A DNA stretch of 64,000 bases. It comes from Octopus bimaculoides (taxonomy: Eukaryota). The position numbers and the translations under genes were made by a program. Shown here in pieces: positions 63,495 to 64,000 of this stretch (positions are counted from its first letter, which is position 1; each line of letters starts with the position of its first letter). The notes beneath the pieces were generated by a model. It was not told the origin of the DNA. It ran no database searches and saw only the letters and a program-made list of their open reading frames with translations. The stretch lies in assembly GCF_001194135.2 (NCBI RefSeq), contig NC_068987.1, forward strand, positions 16,199,421 to 16,263,420. The letters run 5' to 3'.

Positions 63495-64000
63495 AGTGGT
63501 GAGCTAGTAGAATTGTTACTGTGCTCTAGGGTCAACGTAGTTGACATACCCCTCAAATTTCTGGCCTTGTGCCTATAGTAGGAAAGATTATTATTATCAT
63601 TATGAAGGTGCAGGAGACTGCAAATCTTTAGCATATCTGGCAAAATACTCAGTAGCATTTCTTTACCTTTTGAGTTCAATTACTGATGAGGTCAGTTTTG
63701 TCTTTCAATCTGTTTGGACCTATGAAATAAGCATCAGTTGAGCTCTGAGGTTAATGTAATCGACTGCCCCGCCCCCACTCCTACTGAAATTACTGGCTTT
63801 GTGCCAAAATTTGAAACCTCTTTTTAACATAATCCCCTCCCCTAAAATTTTAAGTTTGTGCCTTTAGTAGAAAGGGTTATTATTATTATTACTATTTAGA
63901 AGGATTGAGCCATAGACTTGCAGAATCAATAGAGTGACCGACAAAATATTTTCTGCTTCCTTAGTTACAAATCTTTCAAATCCTGCTACGGTTGACTTTG
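63495..64000 (+). mobile_element. Cluster of repeat family D copies and fragments
   Basis: Repeated ggccttgtgcctatagtag / ggctttgtgccaaaatttgaaacc ends separated by (TTA)n; the last copy is cut by the window end. Confidence 0.8.

Overview
Eukaryotic draft-assembly DNA: AT-rich, dense in microsatellites, with 13 N-gaps that mostly break at (CA)n/(TG)n/(TA)n tracts. The repeat landscape looks like an octopus (coleoid cephalopod) scaffold; that assignment is inference from my familiarity with such repeats, not a database result. The only well-supported gene is the 5' part of a + strand KANK (KN motif and ankyrin repeat domain) gene. It has a short ATG exon (35790-35841, with an alternative candidate at 35641-35671) and a 5,428-nt coding exon (38946-44373). 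That exon encodes the KN motif, the conserved coiled coil, a (R/K)S(V/I)G(V/I)x/xxTQT-like motif array, about 1,000 aa of Ser/Thr-rich sequence with 10-aa and 56-aa repeats, and the KANK LKSxxK...GG motif. No ankyrin exons were found in the window. The rest is intronic or intergenic: several tRNA-derived SINE families, TTAA- and hAT-type MITEs, a long foldback element, decayed LINE pieces, a 40-bp minisatellite, interstitial TTAGGG repeats and a minimal hammerhead-ribozyme-like motif. Nearly all other ORFs in the track are microsatellite or gap artefacts. Repeat family letters (A-F) are my own working labels and repeat boundaries are approximate.
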